The notes: a model not told the origin generated them from the sequence alone. Positions 18,890-29,591 are shown, counted from the stretch's first letter. The stretch: 64,000 nucleotides of DNA from Candidatus Dojkabacteria bacterium UBA4813 (GCA_002402455.1 DHFX01000006.1:20408-84407); one strand, 5' to 3'. A program made the numbers and translations.

Positions 18890-21800
18890 ATGGTAAAACC
18901 CAAGCGCAATAGATCCGGAAGAATAAATCTGGGATTAGGTTATTCCGGCGATGTAGAATTTCCTAATCTAATAGAAGCACAGAGAACTTCGTTTGCAGAT
19001 TTTCTGGAGAATGGGTTCCAAAGGTTGTTCTCTGAGATCAATCCCGTTAAGGATACGATGGAGAGAATGTGGACCTTGGAATTCAAAGATTTTAAATTTG
19101 GTGATCCCTACAGAAGTATAGATGAAGCAATTGCAAAGGGACTCTCTTACGAAGTCCCCGTTTATGCTAAAGTCCAGCTTCTTAATAATAAAACCGGAGA
19201 GATAAAGGAGCAGGAGATTTTCGTGACAGATATTCCAGTAATGACAGATGACGGAGTCTTTGTTTTCAATGGCGTAAGAAGAGTTGTGACTCATCAGATT
19301 GTTAGATCCGAGGGAGTATTATATGAGGTATCTAGTAAACTACCTCTTCGGACCCTATATAAAGTAAGACTTATGCCTGGAAGAGGTCCTTGGTACGAGA
19401 TTGATACAAACAAGCACAATGTTATCTCCATGAGGATTTTGCCTAAGAGGCCTAAGGTTTTGATAACAGAACTTTTAAGAGTTTTCGGATGGGAGAGTGA
19501 CGATGATATTAGGAAGTTATTCAGGGATGTGGATACAAACGAAGAGAACAAATATATAGAGGCTACCCTTGCTAGAGATTTTACTAACAATAAAGAAGAA
19601 GCAATCATTAGCATTTACAATAAGCTTAGACCGGACGAGTCTGTTACATTGGAGAGTGCTGAGAGGTATATAAAGAGCAACTTCTTTAATTCCAGAAAAT
19701 TTGACTTAGGAAGAATTGGCAGATACCAGTTGAACAGAAAACTTGGTACGGACTACGATATTAACGACCCTGATCAGGTAAGGCTTTACCCTTCTGATAT
19801 TACATTGATAGTAAGGAGATTGATCCAAATGAATAATGGGGAAGTTGAGCCCGACGATATTGACCATCTAAGTAATAGGAGAATTAGAAGTGTTGGAGAA
19901 ATTTTAGAAAGACAACTTAATAATGGAATAGGGAGACTTGAGAAAAATATCCGAGATAAAATGAGTTTGTATGGTCAAGATGCGAAGGTTACTCCTTCTA
20001 TGTTGGTGAGTACGAAGCCAATATCTGCTTCAATTCAGTCATTTTTTGGTTCTAACGCACTTTCTAGCTTCATGGATCAGACCAATATATTGTCCGAGAT
20101 GGAGAACAAGAGAAAGGTTACTGCAGGGGGGCCTGGAGGAATTGCAAAACAGAGAGCGACATTCTCAATTCGAGAGGTTCATAACTCTCACTATTCCAAA
20201 TTTGATCCGGTAACAAGTCCGGAGAGTTCAAATATTGGTGTTGTTGTCCAGCTTGCGATGTTAGCAAGGATTAATGAATTCGGATTTTTAGAGGCACCAT
20301 ATAGGAGGGTTGAAAACGAGGTTAATAATAATAAGGTAAATTTAATAAACAGAATACTTGGAGAGACTGTGAGAGATGGTAAAGAATTGGTTGCAAGAAA
20401 AGGCGAGAAAGTGGATGAAAAATTAGCAGAGAAGATAGCAAAGATAAAGGACCTAAAGAAAGTGAAGGTAAAACCATTCATAACTGATGATATAGAGTAT
20501 CTTGATGCAATGGACGAGGAGAAGCACTACATCTCTACAGCAACTATTACGACTGATGAGAACAACAATATTATGGATTCCTTGATTCCTGTTAGGCATG
20601 GGGGCGACTTCATGATTGAGGATGCGAACATTGTCAAGTTTGTAGATGTTTTAGCCGGCCAACAAGCTGGTCTTGGTATGGCCCTAATTCCTTTTGTTTC
20701 TCATAATGATGCTATGCGTGCTTTGACAGGATCAAACATGCAAAGGCAGGCTGTTCCTTTAGTGAAGCAGGAGGCTCCAATTATTGGAACAGGTATGGAG
20801 GAAGTTGTCGGAAGGCAATCTTCATGGGGTATCTTTGCAGAAGATAATGGGGAAGTTCTTTATGTAGATGCTAAAAAACTGTCTGTTAAATATAAAAAGG
20901 ACGGGTTAAAGGATTATAATCTTACAACTTTTTACAGAAGTAATGGTGACACAAGTTTTTCCCAAATTCCTGTGGTTAATGTTGGAGACAAATTTAAGAA
21001 AGGAGACGTGCTTGTAGATGGTCCTACAATGAGAAACGGGGAACTTGCAATAGGTACGAACCTTAAAGCAGCATTAATGTTCTATGAAGGGTATAACTAT
21101 GAGGACTCAGTCATTATTTCTGAAAGAATAGTTAGAAAAGATCTGTTGACTTCTATACACATTAGAGAATACACAGTATCTGTTAGAGATACGGAGTTAG
21201 GTCCTGAGGTAATAACCGCGGATATTCCCCATGTTAATGAAAGAATCCTCAGAAAACTAGATGACAGAGGAATAATAAGAAATGGTGTTAAAGTTAAGTC
21301 AGGAGATATTCTTGTGGGAGTTGTTGCCCCTCGTGGAGAGAAAGAACTCACTGCAGAAGAGAGACTTCTTAGGGCAATCTTTGGAGAGTCTGCTAGTGAT
21401 GTAAGAGACAACTCTCTAAGAATTCCTCATGGAGAGGAAGGAATAGTTATTAGGAGTCAGGTATTGTCTGTAGAGAAGGGAGACAAACTGAGACCGGGAG
21501 TCCTGCATGAGGTAAGAGTATGGGTTGCAAATACAAAGAAAATTGACTTCGGAGATAAAATTGCGGGAAGACATGGAGACAAAAATACTGTTGCGGCAAT
21601 TAGGCCTGTAGAAGATATGCCATTTGCCGAAGATGGAGAACCGGTAGATATTGTTTTGACTCCAACATTCTTAAAGAGAATGAATATGGGGCAGGCAGAA
21701 GAGGTTCATTTCGGTAAATATGCGAAGATATTAAATGAAAAATTGGCATTTCCGATCTTTGAGGGAGAAAATTTGAAATGGTTGAAGGAAGAACTGGGCA

Positions 21801-22267
21801 AGGTAGGTGCGGATATGTCTGAAAAAGAAGATCTTTACGATGGAAGAACTGGAAATAAGTTCCCAAGAAAGATTACTGTTGGAACAAAGTATGTTCTTAA
21901 GTTACATCATATAGCCGACGAGAAAGTGCATGCCAGATCTACCGGACCATACACCGCCGTATCTCAACAGCCCCTTGGTGGAAAAGCACAAATGGGAGGT
22001 CAGAGATTTGGGGAGATGGAAGTCTGGGCATTAGAGGCACATGCTGCCCCTTATGCTCTTCAAGAAATGTTGACCATAAAGTCGGATGACATTAAGGGTA
22101 GATCAGCTGCATATAAGGCAATAATACAGGGAGATAAAATAGAAAACGTAAATATCCCTGAATCGTTTAAAGTTCTGGTAAAGGAGTTAAATGCTCTTTG
22201 CCTGAATTTGGATTTAATTTCAACTCAGCCAATCCAAGAGGAGGTTAAAGAAGATGGAGAAAAATAA
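18890..22267 (+). CDS. rpoB: DNA-directed RNA polymerase subunit beta
   Basis: 1125 aa with conserved beta-subunit blocks (e.g. GEMEVWALEAHAAPYALQEMLTIKSDD; rifampicin-cluster region FFGSNALSSFMDQTN). Overlaps rpoC by 14 nt. Confidence 0.95.
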   Translation: MVKPKRNRSGRINLGLGYSGDVEFPNLIEAQRTSFADFLENGFQRLFSEINPVKDTMERMWTLEFKDFKFGDPYRSIDEAIAKGLSYEVPVYAKVQLLNNKTGEIKEQEIFVTDIPVMTDDGVFVFNGVRRVVTHQIVRSEGVLYEVSSKLPLRTLYKVRLMPGRGPWYEIDTNKHNVISMRILPKRPKVLITELLRVFGWESDDDIRKLFRDVDTNEENKYIEATLARDFTNNKEEAIISIYNKLRPDESVTLESAERYIKSNFFNSRKFDLGRIGRYQLNRKLGTDYDINDPDQVRLYPSDITLIVRRLIQMNNGEVEPDDIDHLSNRRIRSVGEILERQLNNGIGRLEKNIRDKMSLYGQDAKVTPSMLVSTKPISASIQSFFGSNALSSFMDQTNILSEMENKRKVTAGGPGGIAKQRATFSIREVHNSHYSKFDPVTSPESSNIGVVVQLAMLARINEFGFLEAPYRRVENEVNNNKVNLINRILGETVRDGKELVARKGEKVDEKLAEKIAKIKDLKKVKVKPFITDDIEYLDAMDEEKHYISTATITTDENNNIMDSLIPVRHGGDFMIEDANIVKFVDVLAGQQAGLGMALIPFVSHNDAMRALTGSNMQRQAVPLVKQEAPIIGTGMEEVVGRQSSWGIFAEDNGEVLYVDAKKLSVKYKKDGLKDYNLTTFYRSNGDTSFSQIPVVNVGDKFKKGDVLVDGPTMRNGELAIGTNLKAALMFYEGYNYEDSVIISERIVRKDLLTSIHIREYTVSVRDTELGPEVITADIPHVNERILRKLDDRGIIRNGVKVKSGDILVGVVAPRGEKELTAEERLLRAIFGESASDVRDNSLRIPHGEEGIVIRSQVLSVEKGDKLRPGVLHEVRVWVANTKKIDFGDKIAGRHGDKNTVAAIRPVEDMPFAEDGEPVDIVLTPTFLKRMNMGQAEEVHFGKYAKILNEKLAFPIFEGENLKWLKEELGKVGADMSEKEDLYDGRTGNKFPRKITVGTKYVLKLHHIADEKVHARSTGPYTAVSQQPLGGKAQMGGQRFGEMEVWALEAHAAPYALQEMLTIKSDDIKGRSAAYKAIIQGDKIENVNIPESFKVLVKELNALCLNLDLISTQPIQEEVKEDGEK

Positions 22268-25200
22268 AAACGGTTTTGAAAATTTTGATGTCCTGCAATT
22301 AACTCTTGCATCTCCAGACCAGATCTTAGAATGGTCTTATGGAGAGGTGACAAAGGCAGAGACTATTAACTATAGAACATTCAGGTCTGAACCAGACGGA
22401 TTATTCTGTGAAAAAATCTTTGGTCCAACAAAGAACTATGAATGTTACTGTGGTAAATATAAAAAGATTAGATACAAGGGAATAGTTTGTGACAAATGTG
22501 GAGTAGAGGTTACAACAAAGGATGTCAGAAGGGAGAGGATGGGACATATAAACCTTGTTGTTCCCGTTTCTCATGTTTGGTTTGCATATGGAATTCCTAA
22601 CAAAATGTCCATTGTTTTAGACATTCCTCACAAAAAGCTTCTTTCTGTTATCTACTACACCAGATACATGGTTATAGAAATAGAGAAAAAGAAGAGGTTG
22701 GAAATGATTGAGAAAGCAGAGACTCTTAAGGAAGAGGAAATTACAGCATTAGAAGAAGAACTCAAGGAAGAGCTTAAGCTTACGGAAGCGGAATATAACG
22801 AACAGCTTAAAGAAATTAAGAAATCTAAAGATAAGGGAAAAGATTTTAAAATTAGCCAAGTTGAGCACAAGAGGAACCAGGCTCTTGCTAAGGTAAGAAG
22901 AGAATTCGCAGAAAAAGAGGAGGAGATAGATTCTTTCTATGAGAGAATTAACCAAATAATTAGAAGAGTTAAGGTAGGAAGTGTTATTTCAGAAGATGAA
23001 TATTCCGATCTTATGGAGAGAGACTTAGTCTTCTTTGAAGCAATGATGGGTGCAGAAGCAATCAAGAAGCTTTTAGAGAAATTGGATTTAGATAAAGAAA
23101 TAAGGAAATTAAGGATAAAGGCGGACAAAGAAAGGGGGGAGAAAAGAGCTAAAGCAACAAGAAGAATACAATACTTGGAAGGTTTTAAAAATAATGAAAT
23201 TAGTCCTACATGGATGGTTTTAGATATACTGCCAGTTTTGCCACCAGAGTTAAGGCCAATTATTCCTCTATCTGGAGGGAAGTTTGCAACAGCAGATCTA
23301 AACGATCTTTATAGAAGGGTTATTAACAGAAATAATAGACTCTCCAAATTAATAGAAATAGGTGCACCAGAGGTTATCTTGAGAAATGAAAAGAGAATGT
23401 TACAGGAATCTGTGGATGCTCTAATCGATAACTCTCATAGGCCCTCCAAGCCAATGATGAATGGTAAGAGATTACCTTACCAGTCATTAACAGATGACCT
23501 AAGAGGAAAGAAGGGGATCTTTAGAAAGAATCTTCTTGGAAAGAGAGTAGACTATTCAGGGAGAGCTGTTATTGATGGTGACCCAAGTTTGAGATTTGAT
23601 CAGTGTGGTCTGCCAAAATCTATCGCTTTAGAGATGTTTAAACCTTTTGTAATATTCCAACTTTTGGATCAAGAACTTGCTCCGAATGTAAGAGTTGCAA
23701 AGGAAATGGTTGAAGAGGAGTCAGATGTTATCTGGGATATTCTAGAAAAGGTTATCAAGAATAGACCGGTACTATTGAATAGAGCTCCAACTTTGCATAA
23801 ATATAGCATACAGGCGTTCTATCCCAAGTTAGTAGAGGGTGAGGCAATTAGAATTCATCCATTGGTATGTAAAGCATTTAATGCGGACTTTGACGGAGAC
23901 CAGATGGCTGTACATATTCTTCTGACAGAAGAGGCTGAAGAAGAGGCAAAGAGGGAGATGATGTCTTCGAAGAATATCGTAAATATTTCTAATGGTCAGG
24001 TTTTAGCAACTCCTGCAAAAGATATGGTCATTGGTTTCTTCCTTATGACAGACCTTAAGAAAGTAGAGAAACCGAAGCTTTTCCCAAACGAAAATACAGT
24101 AATTAGGGCATATGAGGGGGGAGAGATAAGCATCTGGGAAGAAATAATTGTAAAAGTTAAAGGTCAGACATATCACACATCTCCGGGAAGGGTTATATTC
24201 AACAGTATTCTTCCTCCAAAATATCCTTTCATCAATGAGCAGATAAATATAAAAACTGTTAATAATATAATTACTGATATTAAGAAAGACAATCCACTAG
24301 AAGTAGTTGTCCAAATCTTAGATGACCTCAAGCTATTAGGGTTTAAATATGCTACAGATTTAGGGTTCTCATTTGCAATGGGAGATTCTGAAGTAGACTT
24401 TGATTTTGATAGTGAAATAAAGAAGATGGAGGAGAAGGACGAGCAATTGCAAGAGAACTACTCGCAGGGATTGATGACTAAAGAAGAAAAAATTAACATT
24501 TCCACTAATATGTGGGATGACTTTGCTGGTGAATTAGCGGACAAAGCTTGGGAAAAGCTGGACAAAGATAATCCTATTTACCAAATGGTTGAATCTGGGG
24601 GAAATGGGGGTAAAATCCAAGCAAGGCAAGTCCTTACAATTAAAGGTGTTGTAAGAGATTCTAGAGGAAACTGGGTCCCGATGCCAATCAAGAGCAACTA
24701 TAGAAATGGTTTGAGTGCCTTAGAGTACTTTGTAGCAGCAAATGGGGGAAGAAAAGGTATTGCCGACAGATCTCTTAAGACTTCCTCTTCTGGTTATTTA
24801 ACCAGAAAATTAGTAGATGTTGCTCATGATGTAATCATAAGGTCAGACGACTGTGGTTACGAAGGAGAGGGATTTGTTATGAGGAAGAGTGATAATAGGA
24901 GAGAAGATTATGGAGATAGAATATATGGAAGAGTTTTAGCTCAGGATGTAAAGAAAGGAAATAAGGTTATTGTTAAGAAAAATGAAACGATTACAAAGAA
25001 AATTGCTGATGAAATTGTTGCCGAGGGAATTGAAGAGATTTATGTAAGAAGCCCAATCCTTTGTGAAGCACCCCTTGGGATTTGTAAGAAATGTTATGGA
25101 TTGAACTTGGAGAATGATCAGGAAATCGAAATGGGAAAGGCTGTTGGGGTTATTGCTGCACAGTCTATTGGAGAGCCTGGGACACAGATGACCATGCAGA

Positions 25201-26135
25201 CCTTTCATAAAGGAGGAGTTGCAAAAGTTGATATAACTCAGGGTCTTCCTAGAATTGAAGAGCTTTTTGAAGCAAGGACACCCAAAGCTGAAGGAGAGAT
25301 AGCCTCAATAGACGGAAAGGCAAACATAGAAGTTGCTGAAGATGAGTCTGCTGTAATTACAATCGTTGGACAGAAGAAGATGACAAGATATTATGTTGTG
25401 GATAAGGCAAAGAAAGTCCTTGTAGAAGATGGTCAAGATGTCAAATCAGGGCAGATAATGTATATAGATATGGAAGAGATAGAGAGACAAGCTGCTTTTG
25501 ACGGAACTGTATCTTTAGAAGGAGGAATTCTCATAGTTAAAGGAAAAGTTAAAGCAGAAGAAACGATCTCTGTTCTTCCGGGAATTGAAATTTTAATAAA
25601 GAATGGGCAAGAAGTTAAAGCAGGAGACCAATTAACAGAAGGTTCTATAGACCCCAAGAAATTGGCGGAAGTTGCAGGTATGGTTCCTGCTCAGAAATAT
25701 ATCCTGGATAGCGTTCAGAAAGTATTTAACGAGCAAGGAGTGACAATAGACGACTTACACTTGGAGATTATCTTAAGACAGATGGCTAGGTTAGGAAAGG
25801 TGTATGGTTCTGGAGACTCTGACTACTTGGTCGGATCTTTGGTAAACAGATTCCTTGCAGAGGCTAAGAATGAACTCCTTTTGGAAGAAGTAAAGAACAA
25901 GGCCTTGATTATCCCTAAGATCCTTGGTATAAAGACATCAGCTTTGTACACAGAGAGTTTCCTTTCCGCTATATCGTTCCAGGAACAGGTAAGAGTACTT
26001 ACAAGTACCGCTATCCTTGGGAGGAAAGATTATCTCAGAGGTATGAAAGAGAATGTAATTATTGGGAGACCTATTCCGGTTGGTGAAAAAGCCAGAATAG
26101 AAGATATAAGAAAGATTCCGGAGCTTAATTTTTAG
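22254..26135 (+). CDS. rpoC: DNA-directed RNA polymerase subunit beta'
   Basis: N-terminal zinc-binding motif (CYCGKYKKIRYKGIVCDKCGVEV) and catalytic NADFDGDQMAVH. A GAGGAGG Shine-Dalgarno precedes the start. Confidence 0.95.
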   Translation: MEKNKNGFENFDVLQLTLASPDQILEWSYGEVTKAETINYRTFRSEPDGLFCEKIFGPTKNYECYCGKYKKIRYKGIVCDKCGVEVTTKDVRRERMGHINLVVPVSHVWFAYGIPNKMSIVLDIPHKKLLSVIYYTRYMVIEIEKKKRLEMIEKAETLKEEEITALEEELKEELKLTEAEYNEQLKEIKKSKDKGKDFKISQVEHKRNQALAKVRREFAEKEEEIDSFYERINQIIRRVKVGSVISEDEYSDLMERDLVFFEAMMGAEAIKKLLEKLDLDKEIRKLRIKADKERGEKRAKATRRIQYLEGFKNNEISPTWMVLDILPVLPPELRPIIPLSGGKFATADLNDLYRRVINRNNRLSKLIEIGAPEVILRNEKRMLQESVDALIDNSHRPSKPMMNGKRLPYQSLTDDLRGKKGIFRKNLLGKRVDYSGRAVIDGDPSLRFDQCGLPKSIALEMFKPFVIFQLLDQELAPNVRVAKEMVEEESDVIWDILEKVIKNRPVLLNRAPTLHKYSIQAFYPKLVEGEAIRIHPLVCKAFNADFDGDQMAVHILLTEEAEEEAKREMMSSKNIVNISNGQVLATPAKDMVIGFFLMTDLKKVEKPKLFPNENTVIRAYEGGEISIWEEIIVKVKGQTYHTSPGRVIFNSILPPKYPFINEQINIKTVNNIITDIKKDNPLEVVVQILDDLKLLGFKYATDLGFSFAMGDSEVDFDFDSEIKKMEEKDEQLQENYSQGLMTKEEKINISTNMWDDFAGELADKAWEKLDKDNPIYQMVESGGNGGKIQARQVLTIKGVVRDSRGNWVPMPIKSNYRNGLSALEYFVAANGGRKGIADRSLKTSSSGYLTRKLVDVAHDVIIRSDDCGYEGEGFVMRKSDNRREDYGDRIYGRVLAQDVKKGNKVIVKKNETITKKIADEIVAEGIEEIYVRSPILCEAPLGICKKCYGLNLENDQEIEMGKAVGVIAAQSIGEPGTQMTMQTFHKGGVAKVDITQGLPRIEELFEARTPKAEGEIASIDGKANIEVAEDESAVITIVGQKKMTRYYVVDKAKKVLVEDGQDVKSGQIMYIDMEEIERQAAFDGTVSLEGGILIVKGKVKAEETISVLPGIEILIKNGQEVKAGDQLTEGSIDPKKLAEVAGMVPAQKYILDSVQKVFNEQGVTIDDLHLEIILRQMARLGKVYGSGDSDYLVGSLVNRFLAEAKNELLLEEVKNKALIIPKILGIKTSALYTESFLSAISFQEQVRVLTSTAILGRKDYLRGMKENVIIGRPIPVGEKARIEDIRKIPELNF

Positions 26136-26161
26136 ACTGTTTTAATATATAATACGACGTT

Positions 26162-26581
26162 ATGCCAACGATAAATCAATTAATTAGAAAACCTAGGAAA
26201 TCCAAATCTAAAAAAGCGAAACATATACAGCTTGCTAGGGATTTCAATCCTCTAAAAAATAGATATAAGAAAGTACCGAATCCTTTTAAGAGGGGAGTAT
26301 GTCTTCAGGTTAAGACAATGACACCTAAGAAACCTAACTCAGCCTTGAGAAAAGTTGCTAGGGTAAGACTCTCTAATGGGATGGAGGTTACAGCATACAT
26401 CCCTGGTGAGGGGCACAACCTACAGGAGCACTCTGTTGTTCTTGTCAAGGCAGGGAGGAAGAGAGACCTTCCTGGAGTTAAATATATCGTTGTAAGAGGA
26501 AAGTATGATACTGCTGGTGTAAAGGGTAGAAGAAAGGCTAGATCTAAGTATGGTGTTAAGATTGAGGATATAGAGGAATAA
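26162..26581 (+). CDS. rpsL: 30S ribosomal protein S12
   Basis: [10 protein letters not shown]...[11 protein letters not shown] matches the S12 consensus. Confidence 0.95.
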   Translation: MPTINQLIRKPRKSKSKKAKHIQLARDFNPLKNRYKKVPNPFKRGVCLQVKTMTPKKPNSALRKVARVRLSNGMEVTAYIPGEGHNLQEHSVVLVKAGRKRDLPGVKYIVVRGKYDTAGVKGRRKARSKYGVKIEDIEE

Positions 26582-26605
26582 GGTTTTTAGTTTAAAGAAA
26601 TTACT

Positions 26606-27076
26606 ATGAGAGGAAAAAGAGCAAAGAAAAGAGAACAAAAGAAGGATAGAAAATACAAAAATGGGATAATTGGGAGACTCATAAATAAGGTTATGCAAGG
26701 TGGGAAGAAGTCTCTTGCCGAGAGAATGGTTTATACGGCTTTGGAAAAAGGAGCAGAGCAGGTTAAAGAAAAGGACGTTATTACATTTATTGAAAGAGCT
26801 GTAGATAATGTAAGGCCAGCTCTGGAGATTAAGGCTAGGAGAGTGGGAGGTGCTAATTACCAGGTTCCTGTTCCGGTAACACCTAGAAGGCAAGAAGCTT
26901 TGGCAATTAGGTGGATTGTAGATGCTGCCAGGAATAAATCAGGGAAGTCATTTGAAGATATTCTAATGAATGAATTAATATCTGCCCACAATGGAGAAGG
27001 AGATGCAGTTAAGAAGAAGTTAGATACTGAAAGAATGGCAGAAGCTAATAAGGCCTTTGCACACTTTAGGTGGTAA
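26606..27076 (+). CDS. rpsG: 30S ribosomal protein S7
   Basis: S7 consensus (KKSLAERMVYTALE...ANYQVPVPV...ARNK). Confidence 0.95.
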   Translation: MRGKRAKKREQKKDRKYKNGIIGRLINKVMQGGKKSLAERMVYTALEKGAEQVKEKDVITFIERAVDNVRPALEIKARRVGGANYQVPVPVTPRRQEALAIRWIVDAARNKSGKSFEDILMNELISAHNGEGDAVKKKLDTERMAEANKAFAHFRW

Positions 27077-27082
27077 TCCCTG

Positions 27083-28030
27083 TTATTTTGTACTCTCTAT
27101 CCTCTCCCACCCTCCTTCAGGCATTCCCTTCTTGAGAATATCCATCTCCCAAAATATTTTAATCCAAGTAATCAACCTAACAGGGAATAACAATATGGAC
27201 CAGAAAAATTCTTTAATATTAGATGCATACCTAAGAACAAAAAATGTATATGGTAATTCAATTAAAAAACTCCTACTCTGTTTATCTCTTTGAAAGACAC
27301 CCATCCTCTTTAATTGCTTAAATCCCCCAAGAGATCTAACCTTCTGTTTGTAATAATCTGTTAAATTTGTCGGGTATTTAACGTAACATACTGCTTTTGG
27401 AGCATAAGCAATATCTAAATTCATATTTCTTAGAGAATAGGAAATATATGCATCGTCGGATAAAACATCTTCAGGAATGTCAAAATCAATATTCCTTATA
27501 GCCATAATATACCCACTCATTGGGAAAAAGGAATCTTTTCCTACATAATAATCTTCACCCTCAACTTTCTTCATAGTTTTTTTTCTTCTATGATCTGCAG
27601 AATCTGACAAAAGATGTCCCCAGTATCCAAAACAATTATCCTTTTTATCTTGTGATTTAGGCCTACCACTCACACCTCCCACAGTTTCTTCTTTAAATGG
27701 TTTAAGAAGTTTTCTAACAGCATCTTTTTCAAAATACACATCACCATCTGTGAGAATTATGATATCTCCTTTGACTTTCTTAAGAGCCATCTTAAGAGCA
27801 AAAGGTTTTCCCTTCTTAGGATCTCTTACTTGTATATATTGATTCTTGTTTAGACCAAGTTTATTGGCCTCTTTCTTCCCTTGTTTAAGAGTTAGTTCAT
27901 CGGGAGATACTTGTATGATTTCAAATGGGGTAGATATTCCGGAATATTTTCTATCTGCGATTGAGGAAATACATTTCCTAATTGTTTGAGGTTCTTTAAA
28001 AGATGTTATGATAACCGATATCATAAGCAA
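27083..28030 (-). CDS. family 2 glycosyltransferase
   Basis: N-terminal ISVIITSFKEPQTIRKCISSI GT-A motif. A DxD-like IILTDGDVYF is present. Its stop lies 6 nt from the convergent rpsG stop. Confidence 0.7.
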   Translation of the reverse strand: MLMISVIITSFKEPQTIRKCISSIADRKYSGISTPFEIIQVSPDELTLKQGKKEANKLGLNKNQYIQVRDPKKGKPFALKMALKKVKGDIIILTDGDVYFEKDAVRKLLKPFKEETVGGVSGRPKSQDKKDNCFGYWGHLLSDSADHRRKKTMKKVEGEDYYVGKDSFFPMSGYIMAIRNIDFDIPEDVLSDDAYISYSLRNMNLDIAYAPKAVCYVKYPTNLTDYYKQKVRSLGGFKQLKRMGVFQRDKQSRSFLIELPYTFFVLRYASNIKEFFWSILLFPVRLITWIKIFWEMDILKKGMPEGGWERIESTK

Positions 28031-28062
28031 TTATATAAACAATGACATAACTTTGAAAGAGA

Positions 28063-28734
28063 TTACTTTTCTTTTGCTTCTACTTCTTCTTCTCCCTCCT
28101 TAATTTCTTCACCTTCGACCCCTTCTCCTTCTTCACCCTCCTCTTCCTTTTCTGCTTCAGCTTCTTCAACAACAAGCTCTTCTTGTAGTTCAGTAATTGT
28201 AACTACTGTAGCTTTTGCAAGATCTTCATTAATCAATTTAAGAGATTTTGGAAACTCTAATTCATCCAAGGAGATTGATTGACCCGGGTGCTCTAGTTTT
28301 GTTACATCTATTTCAATAAATGGAACCAGATCCGAAAGCTTTCCTCTAACATCTATAGAAGGAAGAACCTCAACTAAGATACCGAGGTTATTCTTAACAG
28401 CAGGTGCAACACCAACAATCTTGAATGGAATGGTAAATGTTATCTCCTGTTTCTCGTCTATTTCAAAGAAAGCAATGTGTCTAACCCTTTCAGAGAGGGG
28501 ATTTACATCTATTTCCTTCACAATTACCTTCATGTCTTTCCCTTCATACTCTGCATCTAAGACGGTAGCCGAAGTAACTTCTGACACAATTTTACTAGCA
28601 AGGGATTCTGTAATTTTTATGTTTGTGGAATCTCCTTTGGAATTATAAACGACTGCAGGGATATACCCCTCGTCGAAGAGCCTCTTACTCTTTTTGCCGA
28701 TGATCTCTCTTTTTTCAAATGTAACTTTCTCCAT
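28063..28734 (-). CDS. rplY: 50S ribosomal protein L25 / general stress protein Ctc form with acidic tail
   Basis: MEKVTFEKREIIGKKSKRLFDEGYIPAVVYN is the L25 N-terminal domain. The C-terminal beta domain and E/G-rich tail are present. Start chosen at Met 14 of the track ORF. Confidence 0.7.
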   Translation of the reverse strand: MEKVTFEKREIIGKKSKRLFDEGYIPAVVYNSKGDSTNIKITESLASKIVSEVTSATVLDAEYEGKDMKVIVKEIDVNPLSERVRHIAFFEIDEKQEITFTIPFKIVGVAPAVKNNLGILVEVLPSIDVRGKLSDLVPFIEIDVTKLEHPGQSISLDELEFPKSLKLINEDLAKATVVTITELQEELVVEEAEAEKEEEGEEGEGVEGEEIKEGEEEVEAKEK

Positions 28735-28816
28735 AACGACTAGGAGTATAGCAGAAAAGAATATAGGGAGCAACAGTTTTTACAATATTGACAGTAAGCC
28801 AGTGATACATTATACT

Positions 28817-28843
28817 TTAGCAGTTAATTTACTCATTTGCTAA
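28817..28843 (+). promoter_or_regulatory. degenerate CIRCE-like HrcA operator (TTAGCAGTT-N9-ATTTGCTAA)
   Basis: The outer hexamers TTAGCA and TGCTAA are perfect and separated by 15 nt, the same geometry as canonical CIRCE (TTAGCACTC-N9-GAGTGCTAA). It ends 2 nt before the hrcA ATG. A sibling site of identical geometry precedes groES. Confidence 0.45.
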
Positions 28844-28844
28844 T

Positions 28845-29570
28845 ATGGAGTTGACGGAAAGGCAGAAGGCGATACTAATGGCAGTAATAAATGAGTTCAT
28901 GGAAGAAGCTTCTGAAGTAGGATCTTTAGCTCTTTTAGAAAAATATAATCTTGGTGTAAGTTCAGCTACTGTTAGGAACGAAATGGTTAAACTTATGAGA
29001 TTAGGACTTTTAGAAAAAAGTCACATTTCCTCTGGACGATTACCAACGGATCAGGCATTGAGGCTTTATGTCACAAAATTCTTAGATAGAAACAGCCTCA
29101 ACCCTCTTATTACGGTAGAAATAAGGCAAGGGATTTTTAGAGAGAGATTCTCTAAAGATTCTGTTACAAAAGCTATATTAGGGATTTTAGCTAAGGAAAC
29201 TGAATCGTTAGTGTTTTTGATTTTAGATAACGATATCAGGGGGTATGGTTATTCCAATCTCCTTAAGTATGAGGAGTTTAAGGATATTGAAGCGATAAAG
29301 ACAATATTTAACATCTTGGAGGATGATATATTCTTACCGAACTTGGTAGAGAAATATGCAAGTTCCGAGGTTTCTCTATTAATAGGAGAGGAAACAGGGA
29401 TAGAAGGTCTGGAAAACTGTGCGTTAGCCTTTACAAGGATCCCTTTCTGGGAGAAGGAAAATTCCTATGTAGGAGTAATTGGATCCAAGAGAATGGAGTA
29501 TGCAAAAGTTATTCAATCTCTAAAGGAGGTAAAGAACGCTTTAGAAAATTCCATGTCAGGATGGAGATAA
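28845..29570 (+). CDS. hrcA: heat-inducible transcription repressor
   Basis: N-terminal winged helix (LTERQKAILMAVINEFMEEASEVGSLAL...VSSATVRNEMVKL) typical of HrcA. Lies directly upstream of grpE-dnaK. Confidence 0.85.
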   Translation: MELTERQKAILMAVINEFMEEASEVGSLALLEKYNLGVSSATVRNEMVKLMRLGLLEKSHISSGRLPTDQALRLYVTKFLDRNSLNPLITVEIRQGIFRERFSKDSVTKAILGILAKETESLVFLILDNDIRGYGYSNLLKYEEFKDIEAIKTIFNILEDDIFLPNLVEKYASSEVSLLIGEETGIEGLENCALAFTRIPFWEKENSYVGVIGSKRMEYAKVIQSLKEVKNALENSMSGWR

Positions 29571-29591
29571 AATAAATAACGGAAAATTTCA

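Noticed and set aside
18652-18909. 85-aa minus-strand ORF in the ftsK/rpoB intergenic region
   Set aside because: It overlaps the rpoB start, has no motifs and an odd composition. The region more likely holds promoters and a leader.
27057-27293. 78-aa ORF spanning the rpsG/GT2 junction
   Set aside because: It overlaps the ends of two well-supported convergent genes and has no motifs.
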